A DNA stretch of 64,000 bases from Octopus bimaculoides (Eukaryota), in contig NC_068987.1 in the NCBI RefSeq assembly GCF_001194135.2, forward strand, positions 85,223,195 to 85,287,194, read 5' to 3'. The notes beneath the pieces were generated by a model, which was given only the letters and a program-made list of their open reading frames with translations, was not told where the DNA came from and did no database searches. Shown here piece by piece: positions 23,701 through 36,128 of this stretch (position 1 is the first letter of the stretch; each line of letters opens with the position of its first letter). A program made the translations under genes and the position numbers.

Positions 23701-24165
23701 TTTTTTCTTCTTTTGTCTTTTATTCATGCGGCTGCGGTCACGCTGGAGCACCACCGTGGTCTCTCTCTGATTTTCTCAGTTTAGTGCGATTCACATCACC
23801 AGTCCTGTATGTGCCTTTGTTCCAATTGTTGGCCCATTTTGTGTATAAAGGAGTTTGATTCCTTTGCCCTCGTCTGCACCTCATGTCGCGCTGTTGGTTC
23901 ATCCGGCATTGCGAAGAGGAGGATGTCCAGTTCCTTTTTGAAGACATCTACTTCCATTTTATGCAGATTTCTTAATTTTTGTGGTAGGGCATTAAAGAGC
24001 TGTAAGCCTTTGAACCCTAGACTATTGCGCTATCTGGTCCTGAATTTAGATAAAGTAGATGGTAACTTTGGAACAATACAATGAAGGCCAGTTCTAGCAT
24101 TTGTATAACACTCAATGTCGAAATTATGTACCATGTAATATGTAGATTATTGCATATCTCTCACA
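23701..24165 (-). mobile_element. CR1/L2-group LINE, 3' fragment (RT C-terminus and 3'UTR)
   Basis: Minus-strand translation ERYAIIYI..., frameshift, then NFDIECYTNARTGLHCIVPKLPSTLSKFRTR*RNSLGFKGLQLFNALPQKLRNLHKMEVDVFKKELDILLFAMPDEPTARHEVQTRAKESNSF; the G..LFN.LP and FK..LD..L...PDEP motifs are typical of CR1-like ORF2 ends. Confidence 0.8.
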
Positions 24166-24384
24166 CCTTCGCTCCTGGGAGTAAAGACGCAGTTTTCGGA
24201 GCCTATCCCTGTAGCTCATCCGCTGCACTGTTTCAATCTTTTCAGTGTAGGGACGTTGGACTGCCTCAAGCCTCGCTGTTAGCTTGTATGTATGTATGTA
24301 TGTATGTATGTATGTATGTATGTATGTATGTATGTATGTATGTATGCTTTTGCAGGTTTTAGATTTTCTACCTGTACTTTTTTA

Positions 24385-24470
24385 TCCGATTCGGCTTCTT
24401 TTCAGTTTCCACCAAACAAATCCCTTCACCAAGCTTTGGACGGCCTAAGGTGCCACGGAGTAGAACTGAC
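24385..24470 (-). mobile_element. SINE family A, 5' fragment with deletions
   Basis: ggcttcttttcagtttccaccaaacaaatcccttcaccaagctttgg...aaggtgccacggagtagaactga. Confidence 0.6.
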
Positions 24471-24793
24471 ACACATGCATATATGCATAGATATAAATCA
24501 ACACACTCAAATCGATTATTCTTTTCTTGCAAACTTTCTGAAGTATTTGTCTGGAGATACTAATTCTTATGGCCGTACTGTAGTAGCTGTTTTTAAACAC
24601 ATTACGTCTTATAAGAGATATTATCTCCGAATTTTTTTCGTACTAAATTTGCATTTTCGCGATGTATTTGCATTTAGTATGATATGAAGATGACTGTTTT
24701 AATCTAATACTACATGCGCTGCATGTAACGGACATTACACACACACACACACACACATACACATATGTATATATATATATATATATATATATG

Positions 24794-24824
<31 letters not shown>

Positions 24825-25429
24825 TGTATACATATGTATGTTTATATCTAGCTATCTGTCTATTTATCTCTCTCTCTCTATATATATATATAGGCATGTG
24901 AACGTGCGTGTGTGTGAATGTGTGTGCGTGTGTGTGTGTATGTGTGTGTGCTCGCGTGAGTGTGTGCTTGACATTGTATAATATGAATAGATTCATTTCT
25001 CCTATTCAAGCCGTAATGCGTTGTTTCGGCAAGATGTGCTACTTTAACAGGGTTTGAAAAAACACTAACTCTTTCAAAGACATCGCCAAGAGGACCAGGT
25101 GCTCCTGCTTGGCTTGTCTATCACTCGACAACACTTGATGGGTGGGGATCTAAATGAATGATTTGTTAACTAAATTATCTTGCTAAGCGTTTAACAATGA
25201 CCCATAAACTGTTGAATACAGCTTCTCATACGTCTTATGTGTGTTCTCCGAGCGGAAATCTAAAAGAATGAAACATTTATAATAAGGGAAATATCTTACT
25301 GAGGTGAGAGGGTTTCCTAGGTATACAACGCCTCACCCACAATGAAGCGAATGTTTCGCTTTATAGCGTAATGAATCACGTACATACACACGTATGCTTT
25401 TATTTCAGATGTGTGTGTGTGTGTGTGTG

Positions 25430-25462
<33 letters not shown>

Positions 25463-27257
25463 NNNNNNNNNNNNNNNNNNNNNNNNNNNNNNNNNNNNNN
25501 NNNNNNNNNNNNNNNNNNNNNNNNNNNNNNNNNNNNNNNNNNNNNNNNNNNNNNNNNNNNNNNNNNNNNNNNNNNNNNNNNNNNNNNNNNNNNNNNNNNN
25601 NNNNNNNNNNNNNNNNNNNNNNNNNNNNNNNNNNNNNNNNNNNNNNNNNNNNNNNNNNNNNNNNNNNNNNNNNNNNNNNNNNNNNNNNNNNNNNNNNNNN
25701 NNNNNNNNNNNNNNNNNNNNNNNNNNNNNNNNNNNNNNNNNNNNNNNNNNNNNNNNNNNNNNNNNNNNNNNNNNNNNNNNNNNNNNNNNNNNNNNNNNNN
25801 NNNNNNNNNNNNNNNNNNNNNNNNNNNNNNNNNNNNNNNNNNNNNNNNNNNNNNNNNNNNNNNNNNNNNNNNNNNNNNNNNNNNNNNNNNNNNNNNNNNN
25901 NNNNNNNNNNNNNNNNNNNNNNNNNNNNNNNNNNNNNNNNNNNNNNNNNNNNNNNNNNNNNNNNNNNNNNNNNNNNNNNNNNNNNNNNNNNNNNNNNNNN
26001 NNNNNNNNNNNNNNNNNNNNNNNNNNNNNNNNNNNNNNNNNNNNNNNNNNNNNNNNNNNNNNNNNNNNNNNNNNNNNNNNNNNNNNNNNNNNNNNNNNNN
26101 NNNNNNNNNNNNNNNNNNNNNNNNNNNNNNNNNNNNNNNNNNNNNNNNNNNNNNNNNNNNNNNNNNNNNNNNNNNNNNNNNNNNNNNNNNNNNNNNNNNN
26201 NNNNNNNNNNNNNNNNNNNNNNNTATATATATATATAGATAGATAGATAGATAGATAGATAGAAAGATATACATATATATATTGTTAGTATAAGTACCAA
26301 TAGTACCTTTGTACCTATCGTCTAAGTACTTTCAAAAGAAAACAAATAGAGGTAAAATATAATAGGAAGTGGAGTCGAGTTATTTGACGAAAACTCTCCA
26401 AGGTGGTGCCCCAGTATGGTCACACACTCCAGTGACAAAAACAAATAAAATAAATATAAAGAAGTATATATGTAGGCAAGAAAACTAGTTATTGCCATAT
26501 AAAATAATTACTACCAAACATAACACAATAACCAAACATGAACCTAAAATATATGCTACAGAGATTATTAAATGATAAAGGATTAAAATACAAATCCTTT
26601 AATATAACGCTTGGATGTTCGTTATCACAACGTGTATGAGGTTATTTGAGTCCTTTTTAGTAGGGAGTTCTGAGAAGGATTAACACTGAATATTAATTAT
26701 GAGATTATCAGGTTGGTGTGAAGCAGTACACAATTAAAAAGGTAAAAAGGTTATTAAGAGAGTGAAGTTGTAACACTTTAGTACTGGCGGTGTGGTTCAT
26801 GTCTATAAACTTCTTCAATCCAGCTTCGTACAGCTAATCCGACGCGAATTTTTCATTAAACATGTACCTATGTATTTTAGCATATTGGAAATATGGCGAA
26901 AATCTATACAAATCTGAGGCGTCTATATGCATGCTTGCATATATACATACATAGGTGCATATTGGCATTTTTACATATATGCATAGCTACGTGCAACGAT
27001 TCCACGTGGAATAAAGGTGGAAGTTTTCAAGATACAACTTCACCTCCTGTTTTCAGGGTTTCAGATTAATCGACATCATGGCAAGAAACTCAAAAGATGG
27101 CAGCAATGTCCACCAACAGCAAATCGCATAACGCCAACAGCCAATCGCATAAGGATGGCCATCTTTTATACTAAGACAAAACAATGTACATGATAACAGT
27201 TCAAATCAGTTAAGATTTGAAGCCATGAGAGCCAATGCCTGTTACTGCATCAGGGCA

Positions 27258-27268
27258 TATTATTATCA

Positions 27269-27336
<68 letters not shown>
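27258..27336. repeat. (TAT)n microsatellite
   Basis: Directly visible. Confidence 0.95.
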
Positions 27337-27493
27337 GCTGTTGTTCCCTGTTGCTATTGCTCTCATTTAATAATACATATTCTAAAATTGGAATGGCAAA
27401 GAAAGCTTGTCATTTATTAATGCCAGTACTAGTGGCATCACATCCCCATCATTATCATCATCATCATCATCATCATCAATACAACATCATAAC

Positions 27494-27528
<35 letters not shown>

Positions 27529-27769
27529 CCACGTTCTTCAACTTGTCTAGCTTTCTGTCCAATCTCTGACAATTTGGTCCATGTGTATTTACTGTTAATC
27601 TTCTTAATCCATTTGGCAGACGACTGTTAATTTGCATATTATTTTGTGAAGTCATTGAATGGTAATTAACGAACGGCGGGGGTGGAGGTGGATACACGAG
27701 AATGTCGAGGAGAAGAGAATCGAAGGAGAGTAGTGATAATGTTAATGTATGTCGGTATGTAGGGTCGTG

Positions 27770-28320
27770 TATGTCTGTGTGTTTATACATATCTGTGTGT
27801 GTGTGTATGCGTGTGTTTATGCATATGCGTTTGCGTGTGTATGTATATGTATGAATCTGTGCTTGTATGTAAGTATCGGTGTTTGTGTGTAAGAATGTAT
27901 CGTTGTATCTATAGATGTGTATGCGCATGGATGTATGTACGCATGTGTTTATGTATGGATGATTGTATGCGTGTAGGCATGTATATAAACATGTGTGTAT
28001 GCGCGTGTGTTTCTGTGTGTTTGTGTATGTATGTGCGTATTTATGTGTATATCCTTGATTGGATGAACGAATGAATGTATTAATGTGTATGTGTGTCTTG
28101 TGTATACATGTGTGTATTTAGATGTATACGCGTGTGAGTATGAGCGCGTTTTTATGGTTCTATGTATAGACGCGTGTGTTTTAAATGTATACTTGTGTAT
28201 GTATATGTATGTGGGTATGTATGTACCCGTGTATTATGCGCATGTGAATGTAAGCATATGTTCGTGTGTGTATGTAAATATATATAAGTGTGTGTTTGGG
28301 TGTGTGTGTGTGTGTGTGTC
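27770..28320. repeat. Degenerate (TG/TA)n low-complexity tract
   Basis: Directly visible. Confidence 0.85.
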
Positions 28321-28535
28321 GTAGATGAAGAGTTTTCAGTGAGTGATGTTAAGAGAGTTAGCTAACCTACGTCACAGTCAGTATGGAAGGAGAGAATGAC
28401 AATAATTCAATTACCTCTCGTGATTGAGCGTTAGCAGAAAAAAGAAAAAGAAAAAAACAAGAAAAAAAAAAGACTCTTTCCAGGTGGCAACGAAACTTAG
28501 CGAGAAGACAAATACACACTTAGCAAAAATGCAAT

Positions 28536-28565
28536 ACTGATGATAATGATAACAACAACAACAAC

Positions 28566-28661
<96 letters not shown>

Positions 28662-28792
28662 GATGATGATGGAGATATTGTTGTTTTTGTTGTTAGCGGT
28701 GGAGGTGATCATTATGAAGGTAATTCTTCTTCTTCTTCTTCTTCTTCTTCTTCTTCTTCTTCTTCTTCTTCTTCTCATCATCATCATCATCA

Positions 28793-28841
<49 letters not shown>

Positions 28842-28850
28842 TACTATTAC

Positions 28851-28886
<36 letters not shown>

Positions 28887-28890
28887 CATT
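28536..28890. repeat. Compound trinucleotide microsatellite (AAC/AAT/GAT/CTT/CAT/TAT)n
   Basis: Directly visible. Confidence 0.9.
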
Positions 28891-29366
28891 ATTTTCATTC
28901 CCTGTTTTTTCAAAATTATTTTTGTTCTTTCAACCCAAATCGAAAGTGTCAACTTAAGTTCATTCCAAGTGCCATCTTAATTTTATTTTCGGGGTAATTT
29001 TCTGTTGTCGTTTTTCCTTTACTTTTAATCATTGTTTTGAACGTTTTCGATAACGTAGACAAGTTTATATTTTCCCCCTTTTATTTCAATCTTGCTATAT
29101 TTTCTTTTCTTTTATATTATTTTGTAATTAACATATTTAATTTCGATAGGTGACTAAAAAAAGGATGCAGATCCCGAGGAAGAAATGTACAAAGTCCTTT
29201 TGTAATTAACTGCAACAACAATAGCATCACATGCACATATATACAGACATACATATGTGTGTGCATTATATATATACATACGTACATGCATATATACATA
29301 CATACATGCATATTACTTGTACCACATCCTCACGTTGTTTTTTCATGTTTGTTCTTTGTTTCGACT

Positions 29367-29420
<54 letters not shown>

Positions 29421-29891
29421 TGTGTAGTTTCATTTATTTCACATAATTTAAAATAATTTGCCACCAAGTCAATTATTTTACAGTGTGTATGAAAGGACCA
29501 TACTCTTATTGGTGTTTACAGACATTGTTCACTGTACCTTTTCCTCAACAATACATGGATTACACCTTAAAATTCCTTACAAAATCTCATAGACTTTAAT
29601 TTTTGTTTACAATTCTTTAGCATGGGCAGAACCGCACGGCAGACTATATATATCAGATGCAGAATCTTTACAAAGAGTAACGGTACATTCTTAATCAAAT
29701 GAAAACAAAGAATGTGTTTGGTGCAGTGTCAGCTGTTATGCAAATCTGCTTTTCGTTACTTCTAAAATAACGCGTTTATATTTAAGTAACTTCACTTTTC
29801 ACACTTTAACATTCCACAAAAACGTTTATATCACACACACATACACACATATACACATGTAAAACTACAGTAATACTGTATGTTACAGGAA

Positions 29892-30088
29892 AGCAGTTAG
29901 CTGGCAGAATCGTTAGCACATCGGGCATAATATAATAATTAGCGACGTTCCGTCCATCTTTATGTTCCGAGTTCAAATTCCGTCGAAGTCGACTTTGCTT
30001 TTCATTATTTCTCACTCGATAAAATAAGTACTAGTTGAGCACTGGGGTCGAAGTAATCGATTTTACTCCTCCACCAGAATTTAAAACC
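29892..30088 (+). mobile_element. SINE family B, diverged
   Basis: agctggcagaatcgttagcac...gagttcaaattccgtcgaagtcgactttgc...gcactggggtcgaagtaatcg. Confidence 0.8.
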
Positions 30089-30684
30089 AAAATTGCATGT
30101 CGCAGGTGTTATCAGAACTAGAAAGAATCGATAAGATGCCGTTAGGTATTCATCGAAGGCTCCAACAGTTCTGCCAATCTACAAGTCTATATTGATGCTT
30201 TAGTTAAACTAGTCCGAAGGAGTGAACGACAAACATGGCGTCAGAACGACTGGAACTTAGAACGTAAAAGAAGTAGAGAAACTAGAGCAGGGCTTAGTTC
30301 CTTCAGTTCACCGCCGGCCCCTAATGTTAAACGTTATCCTCCTGGAAAGATAAACGGCAAAGCAGGCAAAATTTGAACACAGAATTCTATGAGTCGAAGG
30401 AAATAGTCTTAGGAATTTTCTACAACACTTCACCAATTCCACTAGTCTACTGCTATGTAATGTCACCTTATTTTATCGGTTTCAGAAGACTTCCATATAC
30501 TTTGTTGGTCCCGCGTCGGGCGACGCACGATCCCATCACATCACTTCATCAGGACTCCATAGGCATCTACTCTCGACCGCTGCCCAATTGCTGCCATGCT
30601 TTTACACTTTGAACTGTTTTCGTAGCATATGATTTTGTTTTTATCTTCGGGGACAGGGTGCTAACCTGAAGCCCAAATACTTAC

Positions 30685-30778
30685 ATTTAGGAAAGTGCCT
30701 GTATGTAGCGCTGTCTCTGTCGACTGATCGACGAAGTGCAAGAGGTTTAGTTTGAGACGCTTTCAGTCTCGGACACAT
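30685..30778 (-). CDS. Candidate first coding exon on the minus strand: MCPRLKASQTKPLALRRSVDRDSATYRHFPK
   Basis: ATG in ACC-ATG context at 30778, with an upstream in-frame TGA; 31 codons plus 1 nt, then a consensus GTAAGT donor; lies in a locally GC/CpG-rich unique segment. No homolog recognised. Confidence 0.25.
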
Positions 30779-32566
30779 GGTCGTTGATCATCTTGAAATT
30801 CCTCCGTCCTGGCCGGTGACCATTGCTGCAGTTCCACCGCCTGCCTAGTGGCGCATTGTCAACACCGCCGTCTCAGACGTGGTGTACCGGGGTGTGGCAC
30901 TTGGAGCCGGCAAGTGAAAGATTTGAGGGTTGAATGAGAGACAGGTAGGGAGCAGCGTATTAGATACCAAAGGTATCATATTTACGTAGAGAAGGGATTT
31001 CATTTCACGCCATTTTGCTAATCCACTGTCTTAAACAACAGCAACATCTATTAAACAACAGCAACATCTATTGGGTAGCTAAATTCGGTTATTTTATCTT
31101 AATCCTTTCTCTTCTTAACTGAATTAACACACAAATTTTTTCATCGTAGTGTTTTATGGTTCTTTTTTTTGTGATGCTCTATTTTACTTCCAGAAATTTT
31201 TGTTTATCGCGTTTGAAATCTGAATAAATTTTACCTGCTTTGAGAGATATGGAGTGCCATGTAGAAAAAAAGAAAAAAAGGTGTGGGTGAACGAATTTTT
31301 CTGACAACGAAATGCAATAACAATGATGACGACGACCACGATGACATCACCACTTTCATCAACAATTTACGGCAAAAAACGGAAATTATAACTGAATATT
31401 CTACTTTAAGAAAGAAACCAGGATTTCACTAATAGGTGTTGATAGCCGACTGACACTTCCATACAAAGCTTAATCGAATCGAACACAAAAATTCGTAACA
31501 TAAATAGAAACGATAATACATAAAACGAGATTGTGAGGGCATTTAATGGCTCCTCACCCGCAGGCAAGCACACATGCACCTTCCTACTAATAAACGAAAT
31601 GGCGAATTGGGTCCGGTTTCAGCAAATGTTCAAATTAATCCTTACTTCCGGTTGAACGTGTAATTTAGGTGTTTGCAACATACCAGCATAAAAGAAGTAA
31701 GCGATGTAACGTAATGTCTCACAAAAAGGCTTCCCACGGTGTTACTGACTGCTTTACCATAATTTGAACTAGTCAAAGAAAGTGGGTTTCCAGTTACATG
31801 TGTGGTGTATGGTTTGTAAGATTAATGCAAAAGCAAGAGACATGAAAATCTTCATTTGCCTTTAGGCGTTTCTTAGTCTTTTAAAACCTATCTTTATGTC
31901 CCCACAGCATGATACTTAGACACACACAAGCATTCCACGCATAAATATTTATGCATACACCACGCACACAAACACAAACACACACATACATACATACATA
32001 CATACATACATACATACATGTATGCATGCATACATACATACGAACATATAAAATTGTTGTACTTGGTTTTGTGTGTAACTGCGTATATGACTATCTGGAA
32101 AAGTTAGTTTTCAGAAAAAAAAAGAAAAAAAGAAAATCAACCAGTTAACACGCACATAACAAATACAATATGCAAACGGAACAGTAAAAATACGAAAGAC
32201 TTTTCTTAGTTTGAACTGTGAATATTGTCTACATTCCATCATTATCTTATCTGTTTCAGACGGAGGCTGTGGCCATGCTGGGGCATCGCCATTAGTACAA
32301 ACGCTGGTTTATTTTAGACTCATTTCCTAATCGTATCTCCTGAATCGGTTTTGGAGAAGTAGTGAGTTGAACAGAGTTGTCTTTCTTTGTGTGTCTTGCT
32401 ATGATGCAAATTCATCGGGCAAATCCGATCAAACATTCTATAATTGTTCTTTAATCACAGCCACATCAACACCTCGTAGATCTCAAAGGATATTTTGGTA
32501 AGATATTGAAAAGTTTCGGTCACTTAAAATTCTAAGCTGTCACAGTATTGGGTTCTTAATTTAGAC

Positions 32567-32600
32567 CGGTGATGAGCAACTTGCGGCCCGCTGAAATTTC
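32567..32600 (+). mobile_element. Possible hAT (Charlie-like) terminal inverted repeat remnant
   Basis: ccggtgatgagcaacttgcggcccgc resembles CAGGG.TG..CAAC.TGCGGCCCGC termini; no partner end found. Confidence 0.35.
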
Positions 32601-32675
32601 TAAATGACACACCTAACAAAAATTTATCTTGAATGTTTTTTGTTTTTTTTCTTTAATACCGCTGCCTACTTAAAG

Positions 32676-32820
32676 ACGTCTCATGAAGCAAGCTTCTCGA
32701 AAAGGGTTGTCCATGTCTCTTCTTGATGGAGAAGAAGGTAGGATCTTTGGGACGAAGCAGTGGCATCTAGTCATGCGATTGGCAAAGCAGTCCATCCCAA
32801 AGATAGAACCAGACGTTTGA
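32676..32820 (+). CDS. Candidate coding exon: (R)RLMKQASRKGLSMSLLDGEE, ending either at donor 32737|GTAGGA or reading on as GRIFGTKQWHLVMRLAKQSIPKIEPDV*
   Basis: A long T-rich tract followed by AG at 32674-32675. Only the phase-2 entry frame is open, which matches the phase-2 exit of the 5834-5988 candidate. No homolog recognised. Confidence 0.4.
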
Positions 32821-32836
32821 AAATTTTCCGTGTATG

Positions 32837-32877
<41 letters not shown>

Positions 32878-32936
32878 CTATATACTTTCCGCATCGTCTC
32901 TTCAGGGAGTAGAGCCTCAGGTCTATACAGACAGGA

Positions 32937-32967
<31 letters not shown>

Positions 32968-33005
32968 CATACATACATACATACATACATACATACATGC
33001 ATACA

Positions 33006-33236
33006 GCGGTCAGCTGGCAGAAACGTTAACACTCCGGGTGAAATGCTTAACAGTATTTCGTCTGCCGTTACGTTCTGAGTTCAAATTCCGCCGAGGTCGA
33101 CTTTACCTTTCATCCTTTCGGGGTCGATAAATTAAGTACCAGTTACGCACTGGGGTCGATGTAATCGACTTAATCCCTTTGTCTGTCCTTGTTTGTCTCC
33201 TTTATGTTTAGCCCCTTGTGGGCAATAAAGAAATAA
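33006..33236 (+). mobile_element. SINE family B, full-length, tail type 2
   Basis: Head, core (ttccgccgaggtcgactttaccttt catcctttcggggtcgataaattaagtaccag) and tail atgtttagccccttgtgggcaataaagaaataa. Confidence 0.92.
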
Positions 33237-34570
33237 CATACATACAGGCAGAATCGTAGACAGACAGAAAGTCATAAATTAAAGGTTGAAAATGCTAAAA
33301 CATTTTGCTGGATGCTGAAACTTTAGAAATCGTTTCGTTTTGGCTCCATGTTTATAAAACGCACGCACACGCACACGCACACACACACACACACACACAT
33401 ATATATCCTTAAAAGGGCCTTAGAATTGAATCCATGTTGTGAATTACATCTCGAGATGTAATGCAGTCTCTCTCCCTTTCTTTCTTTCTGTCTCTCTCCC
33501 TCTCTCTCTCTCTCTTCTGTATAAACATATCTGTAATTCTTTAGAGTTTTCGAAGCCTACATCCACAATGGTGCTCTATGTATTGCTAACGCTGCCCTAT
33601 ATCTTTCTTAATATCTTTTCTGCATATCCTGAGGCGCCATGTTCTGTCGAGTTTTAACTATGCCAGCGAACGGATCATTGATTTTATGAAAGCATCTCCA
33701 TTCTTTCTAGAAGTCTTTGCATATTGTCGACCAAGAAACCTAGATAACAATATATTTGAATAATATTTCATAGTTTAGATTTTGGTATACATTCTGAACA
33801 ATTTTGGGCATATCTGCACACCGACACCGAAAGAATGCACGCGTTCAATTTTACACCTGTGCGAAAACAATGATTATTTCCTCTACATGTTTATATATGT
33901 TTATATATACACACGCATATATATATATATATATATATATATANNNNNNNNNNNNNNNNNNNNNNNNNNNNNNNNNNNNNNNNNNNNNNNNNNNNNNNNN
34001 NNNNNNNNNNNNNNNNNNNNNNNNNNNNNNNNNNNNNNNNNNNNNNNNNNNNNNNNNNNNNNNNNNNNNNNNNNNNNNNNNNNNNNNNNNNNNNNNNNNN
34101 NNNNNNNNNNNNNNNNNNNNNNNNNNNNNNNNNNNNNNNNNNNNNNNNNNNNNNNNNNNNNNNNNNNNNNNNNNNNNNNNNNNNNNNNNNNNNNNNNNNN
34201 NNNNNNNNNNNNNNNNNNNNNNNNNNNNNNNNNNNNNNNNNNNNNNNNNNNNNNNNNNNNNNNNNNNNNNNNNNNNNNNNNNNNNNNNNNNNNNNNNNNN
34301 NNNNNNNNNNNNNNNNNNNNNNNNNNNNNNNNNNNNNNNNNNNNNNNNNNNNNNNNNNNNNNNNNNNNNNNNNNNNNNNNNNNNNNNNNNNNNNNNNNNN
34401 NNNNNNNNNNNNNNNNNNNNNNNNNNNNNNNNNNNNNNNNNNNNNNNNNNNNNNNNNNNNNNNNNNNNNNNNNNNNNNNNNNNNNNNNNNNNNNNNNNNN
34501 NNNNNNNNNNNNNNNNNNNNNNNNNNNNNNNNNNNNNNNNNNTATATATGTATATAATAACAAAAATAAT

Positions 34571-34930
34571 TATATGCATATTGTTGTTGTTGGCACTCTG
34601 TCGCTTTCGACGTCGAGGGTTCCAGTTGATCCGATCAACGGAACAGCCTGCTCGTGAAATTAACATGCAAGTGGCTGAGCACTCCACAGACACGTGTACC
34701 CTTAACGTAGTTCTCGGGGATGTTCAGCGTGACACAGCGTGACGAGGCTGACCCTTTAAATTACACGTACAACAGAAACAGGAAGTAAGAGTGAGAGACA
34801 GTTGTGGTGGAAGAGTACAGCAGGGTTCGCTGCCATGCTGTGCCGGAGCCTCGTGGGGCTTTATGTGTTTTCGCTCAATAAACACTCACAACGCCCGGTC
34901 TGGGAATCGATACCGCAATCCATAAGGACG
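34571..34930 (-). mobile_element. SINE family C, near full-length
   Basis: Reverse complement reads ...ggtatcgattcccagaccgggcg (B-box-like)...gagaactacgttaagggtacacgtgtctgtggagtgctcagccacttgc...ctgttccgttgatcggatcaactggaaccc...gtgccaacaacaac; homologous to 12335-12940 and 46053-46325. Confidence 0.85.
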
Positions 34931-35392
34931 AGTGTTTGTGTGTTTCTCTGTGTGTGTGTGTGTATGTGTGTGTGTGTGTGTGTGTGCGGAGGTGATGAGA
35001 ACGTTCTGACTTTTGCTACTTATCGTCGAACCGGACCTGCTGAACAATCCCGTCATGACCTCCACTGCTATTCTTTCTAATCCTAAAACTTGCACTGATT
35101 AACAGCATATTAAAACCCAGATTTTAGCCAATTTATTGGGGGTCATGCAGGTACAGAGGACACTGGCTGAGCATTAGAACAAATATGATTATCTTAATTC
35201 TTAATATTTAAGCTATTAATAAATGGAATAAGAGAGAAACATAAATATTTTCTACGCGCGCGCGCGCGCGAGCATACACATGCACATGTGAACAAACTCA
35301 TGCGCGCGCGCCCAGGCCGAATATATCCATTTCTAGAATTATAAATATTTTTCGATTTTTCATGTGCGTCACTTCTACTTCTTTCTCGTTCT

Positions 35393-35453
<61 letters not shown>

Positions 35454-35570
35454 NNNNNNNNNNNNNNNNNNNNNNNNNNNNNNNNNNNNNNNNNNNNNNN
35501 NNNNNNNNNNNNNNNNNNNNNNNNNNNNNNNNNNNNNNNNNNNNNNNNNNNNNNNNCACACACACACACA

Positions 35571-35642
<72 letters not shown>

Positions 35643-35646
<4 letters not shown>

Positions 35647-35860
35647 CTCTTTTACTTGTTTCAATCATTTGACTGTGGCCGTGCTGGAGCACCGCCTTTA
35701 ATCGAGCAAATCGACTCCACAGGACTTACTCTTCGTAAGCCTAGTACTTATTCTATCGGTTTTCTTTTGCCGAACCGCTAAGTTACGGAGACGTAAACAC
35801 ACCACCGACGGTTGTCAAGCGATGTTGGGGGGGACAACCACAAACACACAGACATACACA
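35643..35860 (-). mobile_element. SINE family A, 3' half
   Basis: ctcttttacttgtttcaatcatttgactgtggccgtgctggagcaccgcc...gttacggagacgtaaacacaccaccgacggttgtcaagcgatg. Confidence 0.9.
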
Positions 35861-36097
35861 CACACACACAAATACACCATACATACCTACACACATACAC
35901 ACACACACACGCAAACACACACACACATATACACACATACACACATATATGTATATAATATATACATACACACCAAATACATTATACAAAAATTACTATG
36001 CATCATTGTGATTGTAGCCATTTTTTCTGGTTGTGTGCCTATATGTGTATATCTGAAGTTATCATCATCGTCATCATCGTCATCGTCATCGTCATCG

Positions 36098-36128
<31 letters not shown>

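Noticed and set aside
23809-24362. Plus-strand ORFs 23809-24084 and 24081-24362
   Set aside because: They are antisense to the CR1-like LINE fragment, and the second runs on into a microsatellite.
30478-30565. Minus-strand CUGAUGA ... GAAACCGAUA, a possible hammerhead with a long stem II
   Set aside because: Stem I cannot pair (gagtc versus aaata) and the stem II register is wrong.
31031-31072. Exact 20-bp tandem duplication (ttaaacaacagcaacatcta x2); similar 21-bp pair at about 27111-27155
   Set aside because: Two-unit slippage duplications without spacers; not CRISPR or satellite arrays.
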